Positions 38,771 to 48,046 of a stretch of 64,000 nucleotides of DNA are shown here, piece by piece. The first letter of the stretch is position 1. Each line of letters begins with the position of its first letter. The stretch comes from a virus. Taxonomy: Duplodnaviria; Heunggongvirae; Uroviricota; Caudoviricetes. The position numbers were made by a program, and so were the translations under genes. The notes beneath the pieces were generated by a model that was given only the letters and a program-made list of their open reading frames with translations, did not search any database and had not been told where the DNA came from. The stretch lies in the IMG/VR virus record IMGVR_UViG_3300044212_000090; one strand, given 5' to 3'.

Positions 38771-38918
38771 GAAGAGAACGGCGGACATGTTGTGGAATCC
38801 GGAAAATACGCGCTCTGCCAACTGAGCTACACGGGCATGGAGCCCGTGGCGGGACTTGAACCCGCGACCTCGCCGTTACCAGTGGATAACCGGATTCCCC
38901 CGGCCCGCCATTCTCTTC
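38771..38918 (-). ncRNA. yrlA: YrlA-type bacterial Y RNA (Ro-binding-like terminal helix + permuted tRNA-like module)
   Basis: Termini pair as GAAGAGAAUGGCGG/CCGCCGUUCUCUUC and GGAAUCCGG/CCGGAUUCC around an internal loop. Core contains T-arm GCGGG-UUCAAGU-CCCGC, then an acceptor-like stem closed by a loop (CACGGGC-UCCAU-GCCCGUG), then D-arm GCUC-AGUUGG-CA-GAGC. Sits immediately upstream of rsr on the same strand. Confidence 0.6.
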
Positions 38919-39705
38919 GACTCTTAAGTTGTATGTGCGTCGGACATGTGACTGGCATCGGAGGATATCGTATGCAGGAGATAACCGATGCCATCCGGCC
39001 CGCCGCACATCCACCCTATGCGTCCCGCTTCTCGTTCCTCCAGCCGTCCAGGGATTGGATATAGCAGCCTTCGAGAAGACGCAGCATCCGCCATGGCTCC
39101 GACTGCCGATGCGATTCCAGTAGTCGTCGCCGAATTTGTGCGCAATGTCAAGGATGGCACCGCCCGGCTCGGTGATGACATAGTAGCCATCGGCGTCAGG
39201 TTCGTCCGCATCCCTGTTCAGCAGGATGCGGCGATCGCGAATTTCAGGGGACACCTCATGCAGCCAATCGACCAGCCATCCGAACTGCTGGCCCCCCAGC
39301 TCGATGTCCAGGATGTGCTCTGATGCCCTCGCCTCGCCCGGCTTGTAGAACGCGATGCGCATGCCATCGCCCATACGCGCGAAGAACATGGCTATCCGCT
39401 TGTCGCTCCATCCGAGAACCGCCCGAAGTCGATGCTGTCGAATGCTCCGCTTGGCCCGACGAGCCGAAATGCGAGTCGCTCACTTCATTGTGCTCGAACC
39501 CTTGGGGATTGCCGAGGCCATGCCCAAGGAGCCATGAGACGAAGGGGGCCACGAACGACGCCGGCTCATTGAAGCCGCCGAGCGGGCGCAGCCCGCCGGG
39601 CGTGTACTGCACGACGGAGAAGCGCAGTCCGCCGCCGTCGCGGCGCGAGAGCGTGAGCCTCAGGTCCGTTGCCGCCATCCAGATCGACATGCCTGTCATC
39701 TTCCG

Positions 39706-39975
39706 TCATGCCGTCTTCTTCCTATCTAGCCACGCTTCCTTGAGCGCGGATATCGCCTCGTCCTTGTCGCCGGGATTGAAGAGATCCGCCATATGCCCGT
39801 CATCGCGCCTAAGCCAGCCGAGCAGCTCACGCCGCCCGTCCGGGCCTAACGAGACCGTCTGGTCGATGTGCAGTTTGGCGCACTGGATGCGCAATCGGAG
39901 GCACTGCGGGCCGTCTGTGATCGTCAGGGCCTTCCCAATGGAGGAATCGGTCAGCGTCAGCGTACCGTCTGTCAC
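39706..39975 (-). CDS. hypothetical protein (start uncertain)
   Basis: Only the C-terminal ~90 aa of the 170-aa ORF look protein-like. Confidence 0.3.
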   Translation of the reverse strand: MTDGTLTLTDSSIGKALTITDGPQCLRLRIQCAKLHIDQTVSLGPDGRRELLGWLRRDDGHMADLFNPGDKDEAISALKEAWLDRKKTA

Positions 39976-40331
39976 GCCCGCCCTGTGCGTCCCGCATCCG
40001 AGATCGCGCCGAGCACCAGCGTCAGCATGTCCTCCGCCTCGTCGCGTTCGCAGTGCTCTCGTCGCATGATGGAGCGAATGACATCCTCCCATCCCGTCCT
40101 GTCGAGCTTCAGCGGCTGGGCATCGTGCGCGGCGAGCGCACGGGTCGCCTTGGCGCGGACGGCATCCTTGAGCCTGTCGAAATGCTCTTGGTCCCAGCGG
40201 GGAATGCGGTCCCCCCACTCCCTCGCCATGATGGAGCGCAGCGTAAGTCCTACATAGGCGTTGACTATGTTCTCCATCGTGGGGTCGGGCGCATCCCGCG
40301 CCTCGCCGATGATGGCGTCCAGCTCGCTCAT
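39972..40331 (-). CDS. hypothetical protein
   Basis: 119-aa ORF with normal composition. Confidence 0.5.
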   Translation of the reverse strand: MSELDAIIGEARDAPDPTMENIVNAYVGLTLRSIMAREWGDRIPRWDQEHFDRLKDAVRAKATRALAAHDAQPLKLDRTGWEDVIRSIMRREHCERDEAEDMLTLVLGAISDAGRTGRA

Positions 40332-40699
40332 AGGCTTCGCTCCTTCCGGGATTTCGCCACGGCCTTCAAGATGGCGTGGATGATGTACGTGTTCGTGATG
40401 ACAGGAGCGCCGAGTTTTCGGGCGGCATCCTGCGCCGCCCTGATGTCCTCGTCATCCCAGCCCAGGCGTTCGTGGAATCGCCTCTCCTCTCTCACGGAGC
40501 GCAGCGTCCAACCGCCGAAGCGGATGCGGAAGGTATCCCAGCTCTCGTGCCAGTCGCCAATGGCATCGGAGCACGTCCAGACGGCGGCGCCCGCCTCGCC
40601 CTTCCTGCGATAGGCCATCAGCGTCTCGCAGGAAGGGCGCGAGAGCACATAGCGGCCCGGCTTCAATGGCTCAACAGAGTCGTACTGCAATTTGGTCAT
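40328..40699 (-). CDS. hypothetical protein
   Basis: Start MTKLQYD within the 199-aa frame; 123 aa. Confidence 0.5.
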   Translation of the reverse strand: MTKLQYDSVEPLKPGRYVLSRPSCETLMAYRRKGEAGAAVWTCSDAIGDWHESWDTFRIRFGGWTLRSVREERRFHERLGWDDEDIRAAQDAARKLGAPVITNTYIIHAILKAVAKSRKERSL

Positions 40700-41070
40700 G
40701 ACATCTTCCTGTATTTCCTGACCGCCGCGAACGCCTCGTCCATGACGGTCAGGCGCCTGTCGCCGTCCGGCGCGTAGCGCTGCTCCTCTCCGAATGCCTC
40801 CGACGCTATGGCGGACTCCTTGCCGCGGAGCACGAGCGCCTCGTCGCGCACGGCGGCGATGAAGTCGTCGAACAGAATGATGCGGTAGGCATCGCTCGTA
40901 TCGAGCAGATCGGCGATGTCGGCCCACGCCATCCTCTCGCCGCCGTACGTGAAGCCGTCCGCATCGCGCCAGAAGGCATCCACTGCGACGTCGGCTTCAG
41001 GATCCAGCGCCAGATACAGGCCGAGCGCGTCCGGCTCGGTCATCGCTTCGTTCGTCAGCTGCACCGTCAT
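40696..41070 (-). CDS. hypothetical acidic protein
   Basis: 124-aa ORF, coupled (ATGA) to neighbours. Confidence 0.45.
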   Translation of the reverse strand: MTVQLTNEAMTEPDALGLYLALDPEADVAVDAFWRDADGFTYGGERMAWADIADLLDTSDAYRIILFDDFIAAVRDEALVLRGKESAIASEAFGEEQRYAPDGDRRLTVMDEAFAAVRKYRKMS

Positions 41071-41507
41071 TCTTCAGTCCTTTCGATCTCCGCCCTCACG
41101 ATGCCCGCCTTGCGGCGGTACTCGTCGCGGATCATGGGCGGCAGCCCGAGCCACGCGCTCCAGTGCTCCGATTCGCCCGGGTCGGGCGAAGCCATGTTCG
41201 CATCCGCCTTCCATATGCCGTAGGCGATGGCATCCAGCACTCCGTCCGGAGCGCCCTGCGGCTCGGGGGCCGTGCTGATGGCGGGCACGCGCTCCTGTTC
41301 CTCTTCGTTCCAGCGCGAATGCTCGGGGCAGTAGAGCAGGGGGGCCTTGCCCTTGCGTTTCACGCTCGCCCAGTCGCCGTCCCACGCCGCCTCTACAAGA
41401 TCGTCGATGTCGTAGAACCAGTTCGCATCGCCGTCCTCGCCAGCCTCGGCGGAGCAGCCCGGGGCATCGCAGATGCCTTTGAGGAAGATGTGCCGTTCGC
41501 AGGTCAT
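41067..41507 (-). CDS. hypothetical Cys-containing protein
   Basis: Start MTCERH inside the 178-aa frame. Confidence 0.45.
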   Translation of the reverse strand: MTCERHIFLKGICDAPGCSAEAGEDGDANWFYDIDDLVEAAWDGDWASVKRKGKAPLLYCPEHSRWNEEEQERVPAISTAPEPQGAPDGVLDAIAYGIWKADANMASPDPGESEHWSAWLGLPPMIRDEYRRKAGIVRAEIERTEE

Positions 41508-41707
41508 CGCTTCGCCTCCGTCATGCCGTCGAGCAGCTCTCCGATGCGCTTTGCCGCCGCATCGCGCCGCTCGCACGAAAGCGGAATCGCCCCCGAGCGC
41601 CATGCTTCGAGCGCACCGAGCAGGCCATGCAGCTCAAGGCCCTTGGCGATGCTCTCCAGCGCTTCGGTCTTCCGCGCCGTCATCGGGTCCTCGTATCGAG
41701 CCATCAT
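41504..41707 (-). CDS. small hypothetical protein
   Basis: 67-aa ORF. Confidence 0.4.
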   Translation of the reverse strand: MMARYEDPMTARKTEALESIAKGLELHGLLGALEAWRSGAIPLSCERRDAAAKRIGELLDGMTEAKR

Positions 41708-41982
41708 CGATGCTCCTCCCTGTAGTCTTCGAGCGCCGCTTCAAACCCGGCGCGGTTCGCCTCCGCCGCGACGCGGAACGCATCGCGGATGTCGCCGGTC
41801 CTCTCATAGACGACTTCCGCCATCGCGGCGGTGCGATCGCCCGGCGTGAGCGCGGAGGTGACGAACGCCGAGAGCGCCTCCATCGCCGCCTCCATCGCCT
41901 CGTCGCGGCTGGCGTACCGCCCCTCCGATGCCTCCATGTAGGCGAGCACCAGCTCGGCTATCTTCGGAATGTCCTTCGGCAT
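41704..41982 (-). CDS. hypothetical protein
   Basis: 92-aa ORF. Confidence 0.45.
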   Translation of the reverse strand: MPKDIPKIAELVLAYMEASEGRYASRDEAMEAAMEALSAFVTSALTPGDRTAAMAEVVYERTGDIRDAFRVAAEANRAGFEAALEDYREEHR

Positions 41983-41985
41983 GGC

Positions 41986-42339
41986 TCAGTCCTTTCCCAC
42001 GATTTCGCGCATGTGCATCAGCGCTTCTTTCGCCTCATCACGGTAGGTCTCGATCAGCGCGTCGTCCCACGCGCCGGGCAGTCCCTTTTCGTCCTTGCCC
42101 AGCAGCCGGGCGATGGCCTGACGGTACAGACCGTACAGCCGCTTGGACATGGCCGCTATCTCGGCCTCGGACGGCTCGGCGGTGCGGCCCGCGACGTAGG
42201 CGTCTTGCTCGGACCTGATGTCCGCGTTCTGGCATTCGAGGTCGTAGTTGGGCACTTCGCCTTCGTCCAGTTCACTGCGGTCGGCGACTGGCACGAGAAG
42301 CGGATAACGCTCCTCTGCTTCGTTCTGCGCGATGCTCAT
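41986..42339 (-). CDS. hypothetical acidic protein
   Basis: 117-aa ORF. Confidence 0.45.
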   Translation of the reverse strand: MSIAQNEAEERYPLLVPVADRSELDEGEVPNYDLECQNADIRSEQDAYVAGRTAEPSEAEIAAMSKRLYGLYRQAIARLLGKDEKGLPGAWDDALIETYRDEAKEALMHMREIVGKD

Positions 42340-42343
42340 GGCT

Positions 42344-42745
42344 CTACCTCGCCTCGAATCCGGGCACGACGTTCTCGGGCTTGAGGACGACCTTGTAGTG
42401 ATCGGGGCTCACATTGGCGGAGTCGACCTGCTCGACGAAGTACGTCACGTTGTCCGAGAGCCCGAGGAAATGCTTCTTGTACTGGTCGGGCCCGGTCTTG
42501 CAGGTGACCTCCAGCTGGTGGTCGTCGCGGTCGACGAGGATGGAGCAGAAGCCCTCGATGGAGAGCAGGTACTTGTCCGTGATCCCGTTGACGAAGACTA
42601 TCTTGCGGGCGACCTTGAAGTTGTCCGAGTCCTGCGAGAGGTTGTGCGATGCGGTATCCGCATCCGAGCACGCCGACAGGGAGAGCGCCGCGGCTATGGC
42701 GGCGAGCCCTGCGACGATGCGCTTGGGCTTGATGCGAATTGTCAT
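42344..42745 (-). CDS. lipoprotein
   Basis: MTIRIKPKRIVAGLAAIAAALSLSAC signal peptide with lipobox; GACGCATAT 8 nt upstream of ATG. Confidence 0.6.
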   Translation of the reverse strand: MTIRIKPKRIVAGLAAIAAALSLSACSDADTASHNLSQDSDNFKVARKIVFVNGITDKYLLSIEGFCSILVDRDDHQLEVTCKTGPDQYKKHFLGLSDNVTYFVEQVDSANVSPDHYKVVLKPENVVPGFEAR

Positions 42746-42995
42746 GCTCTCCATATGCGTCCCGGATGGGCGGGTATGATCGATTCCCGCGAGCGACAAG
42801 AGCATTAGGGATATGGGGCCGGACGAGCTGAAGGCTGCGGCGACAGAGAGCGAACAGGCGCGCGCCGCAGTGGACGCCGAGCGCCGGCGGCGATGGGATT
42901 CGTTCAAGGAAATCCCGAAAACGCCTTTCAAGAGCATCCTCGACTGGTCGCGGCGCGCCCGGCGTCCATTAACGGAATCCCCGTAAATCATCGAA

Positions 42996-43232
42996 CTGCA
43001 TATGCATACGGCTTTTCCTATAGAGACCCTGAAACAGGGCTAAATCACACTAAAGCCCCTATAAACCATATGCTCATATGCAGGGGGGCTAAAGCCCTAC
43101 TGGCAGTAGGGATGAGGGGTGCATATGGCCCGTATGCACCCGTATGTTCTGTATGCAGTTTCGCCCATTTTCGGCGGAAAAACGCCGAAAAACGCATACG
43201 GGTGCTAGCCGGCGCATACGGCGCATATGCCT
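42996..43232. repeat. ~245-bp intergenic repeat, copy 3 (inverted orientation)
   Basis: Reverse complement of copies 1/2 with a diverged distal end; between divergent genes 42344..42745(-) and 43227..43703(+). Confidence 0.75.
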
Positions 43233-43703
43233 CTTTCTGATGCGATGCGCCGCATCTCCCGACGCACACAGCGGGGCATGACACTGCTCAATGATTATCT
43301 GAAGCCCCTGGAGGAGTCCGGCGTTCTGGAGCCCTCCGAGCTCGCGGAGCGCATCCTCGCAGGCCTTTCCAGGCCCGACGCCAAGTCGTTGCTCGCCGAG
43401 GTGCTGCCCGGAGCCATCGCCACGGCCCAGTCCCGCGAGCGCATGCGCCCCTCGCGCACGCCGACCATGACCAGCGGCAAGGTCGCGGCCCAGCGGGCCA
43501 TGTTCTCGCCGCTGTTCCATGTGGTCATTCCACTGGCCTCCGGGCGCAAGCTGCTCGCCGACTGCGTGAAGGGCGATCTGCTCGAATACGCGGAGACCTT
43601 GCGCACGCACGCCCGCATGACGATGGCGAAGGCGGACGAGTACGAGCGCATGGCGAACGAGCTGCCGGACGATACGACCACAGTCATCGAGGCGTTCGGA
43701 TAG
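43227..43703 (+). CDS. hypothetical protein (start may be the internal ATG at ~43278)
   Basis: 158-aa ORF overlapping the end of the repeat. Confidence 0.4.
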   Translation: MPLSDAMRRISRRTQRGMTLLNDYLKPLEESGVLEPSELAERILAGLSRPDAKSLLAEVLPGAIATAQSRERMRPSRTPTMTSGKVAAQRAMFSPLFHVVIPLASGRKLLADCVKGDLLEYAETLRTHARMTMAKADEYERMANELPDDTTTVIEAFG

Positions 43704-43959
43704 GCGGGGTGCATGCAGGAGAGCGAGGAAGCGGCGATTCCTCCCCGCCCACAAGGGGCGGAGTTTCCTCGCCGCAAATCTCATGAAGCCCCCGCGCGAA
43801 GCCCAAGCATCTCTCGGACAACCAAGAAAAAGACGGCTTCGCGCGGGGCCTTTTTCCTCAAGCGGGACGCATCAGAGAGGCAACGAGGGCGCTCAGAGGT
43901 CGTCCGAACAGCCAATATGCTGGCAGCGCCCTCGCCCAACCTATAGAAGGAGAACCCAT

Positions 43960-44790
43960 ATGAAGACTCTAGATGACCCGGCTCTGTCTAAGCTCGCGGA
44001 CATGCTCGATGATCTGGAAGGCGAGCGCAAGGCCACTGCGAACCGCGTGCGCATCCTCACCGCCGCCACGCCCGACGAGGACGGCGTCATGCGAGGCTTC
44101 GCGCTGTCCGCCGACGATCCGTCCGTAAGGACCATGGAGGCGCTCAACGAGGGGCTCTCCAAGTTGGAGCACGAGGCGGTCCTCCAGCTCCAGCGGGTCA
44201 TGCGCAAGCACCCGCTCGGCGCATGGCAGAGGGCGCAGAAGGGCGTGGGGGAGAAGACCCTCGCCCGTCTGCTCGGAGCCATCGGAGACCCGTACATCCG
44301 CCGCGACGACGGGCAGCCGCGCACCGTGCACCAGCTCTGGGCGCTGTGCGGGCTCCACGTCATCGAGGGACGCGCTGCAAAGCGCGCGAAGGGCGTGCAG
44401 TGCAATTGGAGCACCATCGCCAAGACCCGGGCCTACTTGATTTCCGAGGCCATCGTCAAGGCCGGCGTGCGCACCGCCGAGGACGGCTCCAAGATCGCCC
44501 TCTCGCCCTACGCGCAGGCGTATCTCGACCGCCGCGCCCACACCGCGCTCACGCATCCCGAGGCGAGCGCAGCGGACGAGAGGAAGGGTCTGGGCTGGAC
44601 GAAGGCCCACGCCCACGCGGATGCCATGCGCATCGTCTCCAAGACCTTCCTGAAGGCCCTGTGGCGCGAGGCCAAGCGATTGCACGAGGAGGAGGGCGGG
44701 GGCGACGGCTCGCTTCTTCTGGTAATCGATGGAGTGAAAGACTCCGACTTCGCCGCGCTTAAGAGCGAAGCGTCGCTTGCGAGCGCCTGA
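43960..44790 (+). CDS. hypothetical protein (possible replication/relaxation-associated protein; speculative)
   Basis: 276-aa ORF with AAGGAGA RBS, convergent with the FtsK-like translocase. Confidence 0.45.
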   Translation: MKTLDDPALSKLADMLDDLEGERKATANRVRILTAATPDEDGVMRGFALSADDPSVRTMEALNEGLSKLEHEAVLQLQRVMRKHPLGAWQRAQKGVGEKTLARLLGAIGDPYIRRDDGQPRTVHQLWALCGLHVIEGRAAKRAKGVQCNWSTIAKTRAYLISEAIVKAGVRTAEDGSKIALSPYAQAYLDRRAHTALTHPEASAADERKGLGWTKAHAHADAMRIVSKTFLKALWREAKRLHEEEGGGDGSLLLVIDGVKDSDFAALKSEASLASA

Positions 44791-44848
44791 CGAAGATTTG
44801 CCGCATGCCCATCGCCCCACCGTGCAGCCTAAAGCAAGGCGCTTCTTG

Positions 44849-46726
44849 CTAACCCTGTTCCATGATTCGCGCCAGCTCGGAGGCATCCATGAGCTGGGCC
44901 CCGGTGCCCATATCCTTTGGTTTTGGCTTCGTGCCCGTGCCGTCATCTCCGCCGCTCGGCGCGGGCGTAGGGGCCTCTCCGCCGAACTCGGCTTTTGAAT
45001 CCTCCCACCCCTCCTTGAGCAGCCGAAGGATGCTGTCGGTGGCGAGCGCCTTCTGCAGCGGCAGATCGATGCGCTGGGTGAGGAAGTTCATGAAGGCGCC
45101 GTCGATCTGGTCATCAGGCCCGTGCTTGCGCAATGTGTCAAGGTACTTGCCCCTGTCCACGTCGTCCGGCAATCCCAGCAGGTCGACCAGGCGGCGTCCG
45201 AAGACCTCTACATCCGACATGCCGTCGCGACCGGCCCAGTAGGTCTTGTATACGCGCCCGCGCTGCCCCGAGAGCTCGGCTCGCCCCACGCCCTTCGACA
45301 CGCCGCCATCCCTGATGTAGACGGGAATCTCCGGCATGTCATGCTGATCATGGAAGGTCGCCAGGATGGCGGAGCTGGGGTTCGCGCCCTGCACCATGCG
45401 GTGTCCGAAGAGATCGCGGGTCGTGGGCCCCAGCCCGGAGCGGTCGTTCACGGTCTGCGAGGCCAGGATGAGGATGTATCCCTGCGCCCGGGCGGTGCGC
45501 AGAATGCGCAGGGCCTTCATCTTGATGTCGTACTCGGCCTGCCCGTTGTATTGCTGCTCGAAGATGGCGGGGGGCACCTTCTCCGGATTCGGGATCGATT
45601 TGACCATGATGGCGGCATCGACGAGCGAGGAGAACTCATCGACGACCACGACGTGCCGCGGGTATTTGGCCTTGGCCCAGTCGGGGATGGAGTACCAGTT
45701 TTGCCAAGCATTCTCCTTCCACACCTTCGCGCGTTCGCCATGCTCCACATCCTCGATGAGGAGATTGAGGACCCCTGCTGACTGCTGCACGGACTCGCAG
45801 CCCCAGTGCCCCGGCGTGACCCACGGGCGCAGCCAGTAGTAGTCGGTGGCTTTGTTCGACAGGTCGATGATGGAGAGGAGCGGCTTCTGCGCGACCAATC
45901 CCGCGAGGATGTTGTTGATCGCCACGCTCTTGCCGGAGCCTCCCTCGCCGCCGATCAGCAGGAACGAGGATTCCTTCCAGTCGACGGACGCGGTTTCGTA
46001 GTCGAGCCCGCCCGCCTTGGGCAGCAGCACGCCGAACGGGGTTCTGGAGAACTGCTCTGGAGAGCCGAGTCCGTCAAGGGGGAAGGGGTGCACGGGAAGA
46101 AACGTCGGCGGCTCGCCGGGATGGATGTCGATCGTGCCCTCGCGCGCGTCCGCATCGAAGTACCAGCCGGGCCGGCCTATCTGCAGGCAGGCGGACTGCA
46201 CCTTGGAATCGTATTTGTCGGACGTGTAGATGATCGAGGAGTCGAGCGTACAGTGCCAGCCGCCGTCCTTCGCCGGCTCGACTTTCGCCTCCCAGGGCTT
46301 GAGTCCCATCGCGGCGGTGAGGAACCCCCGCGCGGTCGTCTGCTCGGGGCTCAGCCGCTCGAAGATGGCTTTGCCCTCGTACGGGCGGAACTCCGTCATC
46401 TTGAAGCCCGGCAGCGAGCTCTCGTAGTTCGCCTGCACCTTGGCCGCCGCGCTCGGCGTGCACTGGGACGCCGCGAGCTTGACGACCTTGCGGTCCCCGT
46501 TGTCCTCCACGGAGGCCACGGAGCGGTCCACCAGCACGGCGACGTGACGCTCTGCGTCGATGTAGTCCAACTCCGCGTCGGAGGCCTCTGGCGTCTCTCG
46601 CCTGAATTTGTCGAGCATGCGGTCGAGCAGGGCGCGGTGCGAGGCGTCGCCCACGGGGTCGAAGACGAACGACGCGCCCGCCTTGTTCTTGATCTTGGAT
46701 GGGTAGCTGCACTCAAATTTCTGCAT
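44849..46726 (-). CDS. FtsK/SpoIIIE-family DNA translocase (conjugative transfer ATPase, TraB/TcpA-like)
   Basis: Walker A GGEGGSGKS, Walker B HVVVVDEFSSL, 625 aa. Confidence 0.8.
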   Translation of the reverse strand: MQKFECSYPSKIKNKAGASFVFDPVGDASHRALLDRMLDKFRRETPEASDAELDYIDAERHVAVLVDRSVASVEDNGDRKVVKLAASQCTPSAAAKVQANYESSLPGFKMTEFRPYEGKAIFERLSPEQTTARGFLTAAMGLKPWEAKVEPAKDGGWHCTLDSSIIYTSDKYDSKVQSACLQIGRPGWYFDADAREGTIDIHPGEPPTFLPVHPFPLDGLGSPEQFSRTPFGVLLPKAGGLDYETASVDWKESSFLLIGGEGGSGKSVAINNILAGLVAQKPLLSIIDLSNKATDYYWLRPWVTPGHWGCESVQQSAGVLNLLIEDVEHGERAKVWKENAWQNWYSIPDWAKAKYPRHVVVVDEFSSLVDAAIMVKSIPNPEKVPPAIFEQQYNGQAEYDIKMKALRILRTARAQGYILILASQTVNDRSGLGPTTRDLFGHRMVQGANPSSAILATFHDQHDMPEIPVYIRDGGVSKGVGRAELSGQRGRVYKTYWAGRDGMSDVEVFGRRLVDLLGLPDDVDRGKYLDTLRKHGPDDQIDGAFMNFLTQRIDLPLQKALATDSILRLLKEGWEDSKAEFGGEAPTPAPSGGDDGTGTKPKPKDMGTGAQLMDASELARIMEQG

Positions 46727-46931
46727 GCTGCGCTGCTATGCGAAGAGAGGAGCGCCGCCTGTCGACGCGCGGTCGTTCGCATCATCCATGGGCGGCGCTC
46801 CTGCCGTGGCATATGCGTCAGAAGGAAGAAAGGGCGCCGGCGGCGCACGTGTGGTTGTGCGCGCCACTTCCCGGGCCTTGCGGCGCTCTGCGATATCCGA
46901 TGCGTCCCGCACGGGACGCATATGCCCCTTC

Positions 46932-47465
46932 ATGAAGAATCTACGAGAACTGAAGCAGCACTACATGCCGGATATCTGCACCGTATCTGCGGCGCTCATC
47001 CGCTCCGGCGTGTACCTGTGCCTGTGCGACAACTGTCTGACCTATCAGGAGACGGGCCGCGAGGGCGCCATCGCCTTCCTCGCGCGCCACTACCCGCACG
47101 GCATGCACCATGTGATCGACGTGCCCATATCCGGCGATTTCGACGCGGTGCGCATGGACGGCTTTCGCACGTTCCGCAACTCCCGCGAGGCCGCTGCGGG
47201 GCTGGGCACGGCGAACGGTATGCTCCTCGCCGAACCGGAGGAGATCGTCGCCGCGGCCTGCGCGAACGGCGAGGCCTACGGGCACCGCTGGGCGCTGCCC
47301 AACCGCATCGTCATGGATGGCCGTGAGACGTTCTCGTGCGACAAGGCCGCTGCGGACGCCATGAAGAGGAACGAGAACTCCAAGGCGAACGCGGGCAACA
47401 TCGCCCGCGCCGCGAGCCGCGGGAACGGCGTGGCGTACGGTCATCGCTGGGAGTGGGCGCTATGA
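46932..47465 (+). CDS. hypothetical protein with internal AYGHRW repeat
   Basis: Start MKNLRELK 8 nt after GACGCATAT; two copies of (G)xAYGHRW(A/E). Confidence 0.45.
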   Translation: MKNLRELKQHYMPDICTVSAALIRSGVYLCLCDNCLTYQETGREGAIAFLARHYPHGMHHVIDVPISGDFDAVRMDGFRTFRNSREAAAGLGTANGMLLAEPEEIVAAACANGEAYGHRWALPNRIVMDGRETFSCDKAAADAMKRNENSKANAGNIARAASRGNGVAYGHRWEWAL

Positions 47466-48046
47466 GCGCCCGCCTCTTCCTCGACTTCGACGGCGTGCTC
47501 AACGTGCTGGGCGATGCCGCGCATTTCCACGACGATGCCCATTTCGACGCCGATCGCGAGGCGTACGCGCCCATCGACGGCATCGCCTACCATCTGCGCT
47601 GGTCGGGCGAGCTGGCGGACCGCCTCTCCGCGCTCTTCGCCGACTGCGAGGCGACATGGCTCTCCACGTGGGAGCCGTACGTGGGCCTCCTGGAGCCGAA
47701 GCTCGGCTGGGACCCGCATGCCATCGGCACCGTGAAATGGTACGACCCGGTGACGTGGATAGGCCGGAGCACCGGCAAGCTGGAGACCATCCTCTCCGCC
47801 GTGCGGGGCGGCGGCGCCGAGCCCATCATCTGGGTCGACGACGAGGAGTGCGGGACATGCGCGAAACGGAAGATACAGCGCCTATGTCCGGCCATGCCGG
47901 TGCTCATGGTTCGACCCAGCCCCGTGACCGGCATATCGAAGCGGCAGTTGGCACTGATCGAGCACGCCGTGCATGGCAGCATCGCGCCCGGCGTGACGCT
48001 GGACGACGAGGCGCGTTTCAGCCCTACTTCGCACCAAGGCCTCTGA
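47462..48046 (+). CDS. HAD-superfamily hydrolase-like protein
   Basis: N-terminal LFLDFDGVL (HAD motif I DxDGVL). Confidence 0.5.
   Translation: MSARLFLDFDGVLNVLGDAAHFHDDAHFDADREAYAPIDGIAYHLRWSGELADRLSALFADCEATWLSTWEPYVGLLEPKLGWDPHAIGTVKWYDPVTWIGRSTGKLETILSAVRGGGAEPIIWVDDEECGTCAKRKIQRLCPAMPVLMVRPSPVTGISKRQLALIEHAVHGSIAPGVTLDDEARFSPTSHQGL

Noticed and set aside
38805-38870. tRNA gene or pair of tRNA fragments (T-arm + CCA end immediately followed by acceptor + D-arm) as an att-site remnant
   Set aside because: No anticodon arm can be folded. The 3'-half precedes the 5'-half, and both are enclosed by a long terminal helix formed by flanking sequence. This fits a Y-RNA tRNA-like module better than tRNA fragments.
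37642-39389. Plus-strand ORFs (37647..38825 etc.) and the 5' 250 codons of the 783-aa minus ORF across the rsr/Y-RNA locus
   Set aside because: Antisense or read-through artefacts; the minus ORF's upstream part translates the Y-RNA and terminator region with junk composition; the real Rsr start is the internal MDALK methionine.
39256-39699. 147-aa minus ORF
   Set aside because: Mixed composition with Gly/Arg-rich C-terminus and no clear start context; could hide a short real gene (39430..39699) but not supportable.
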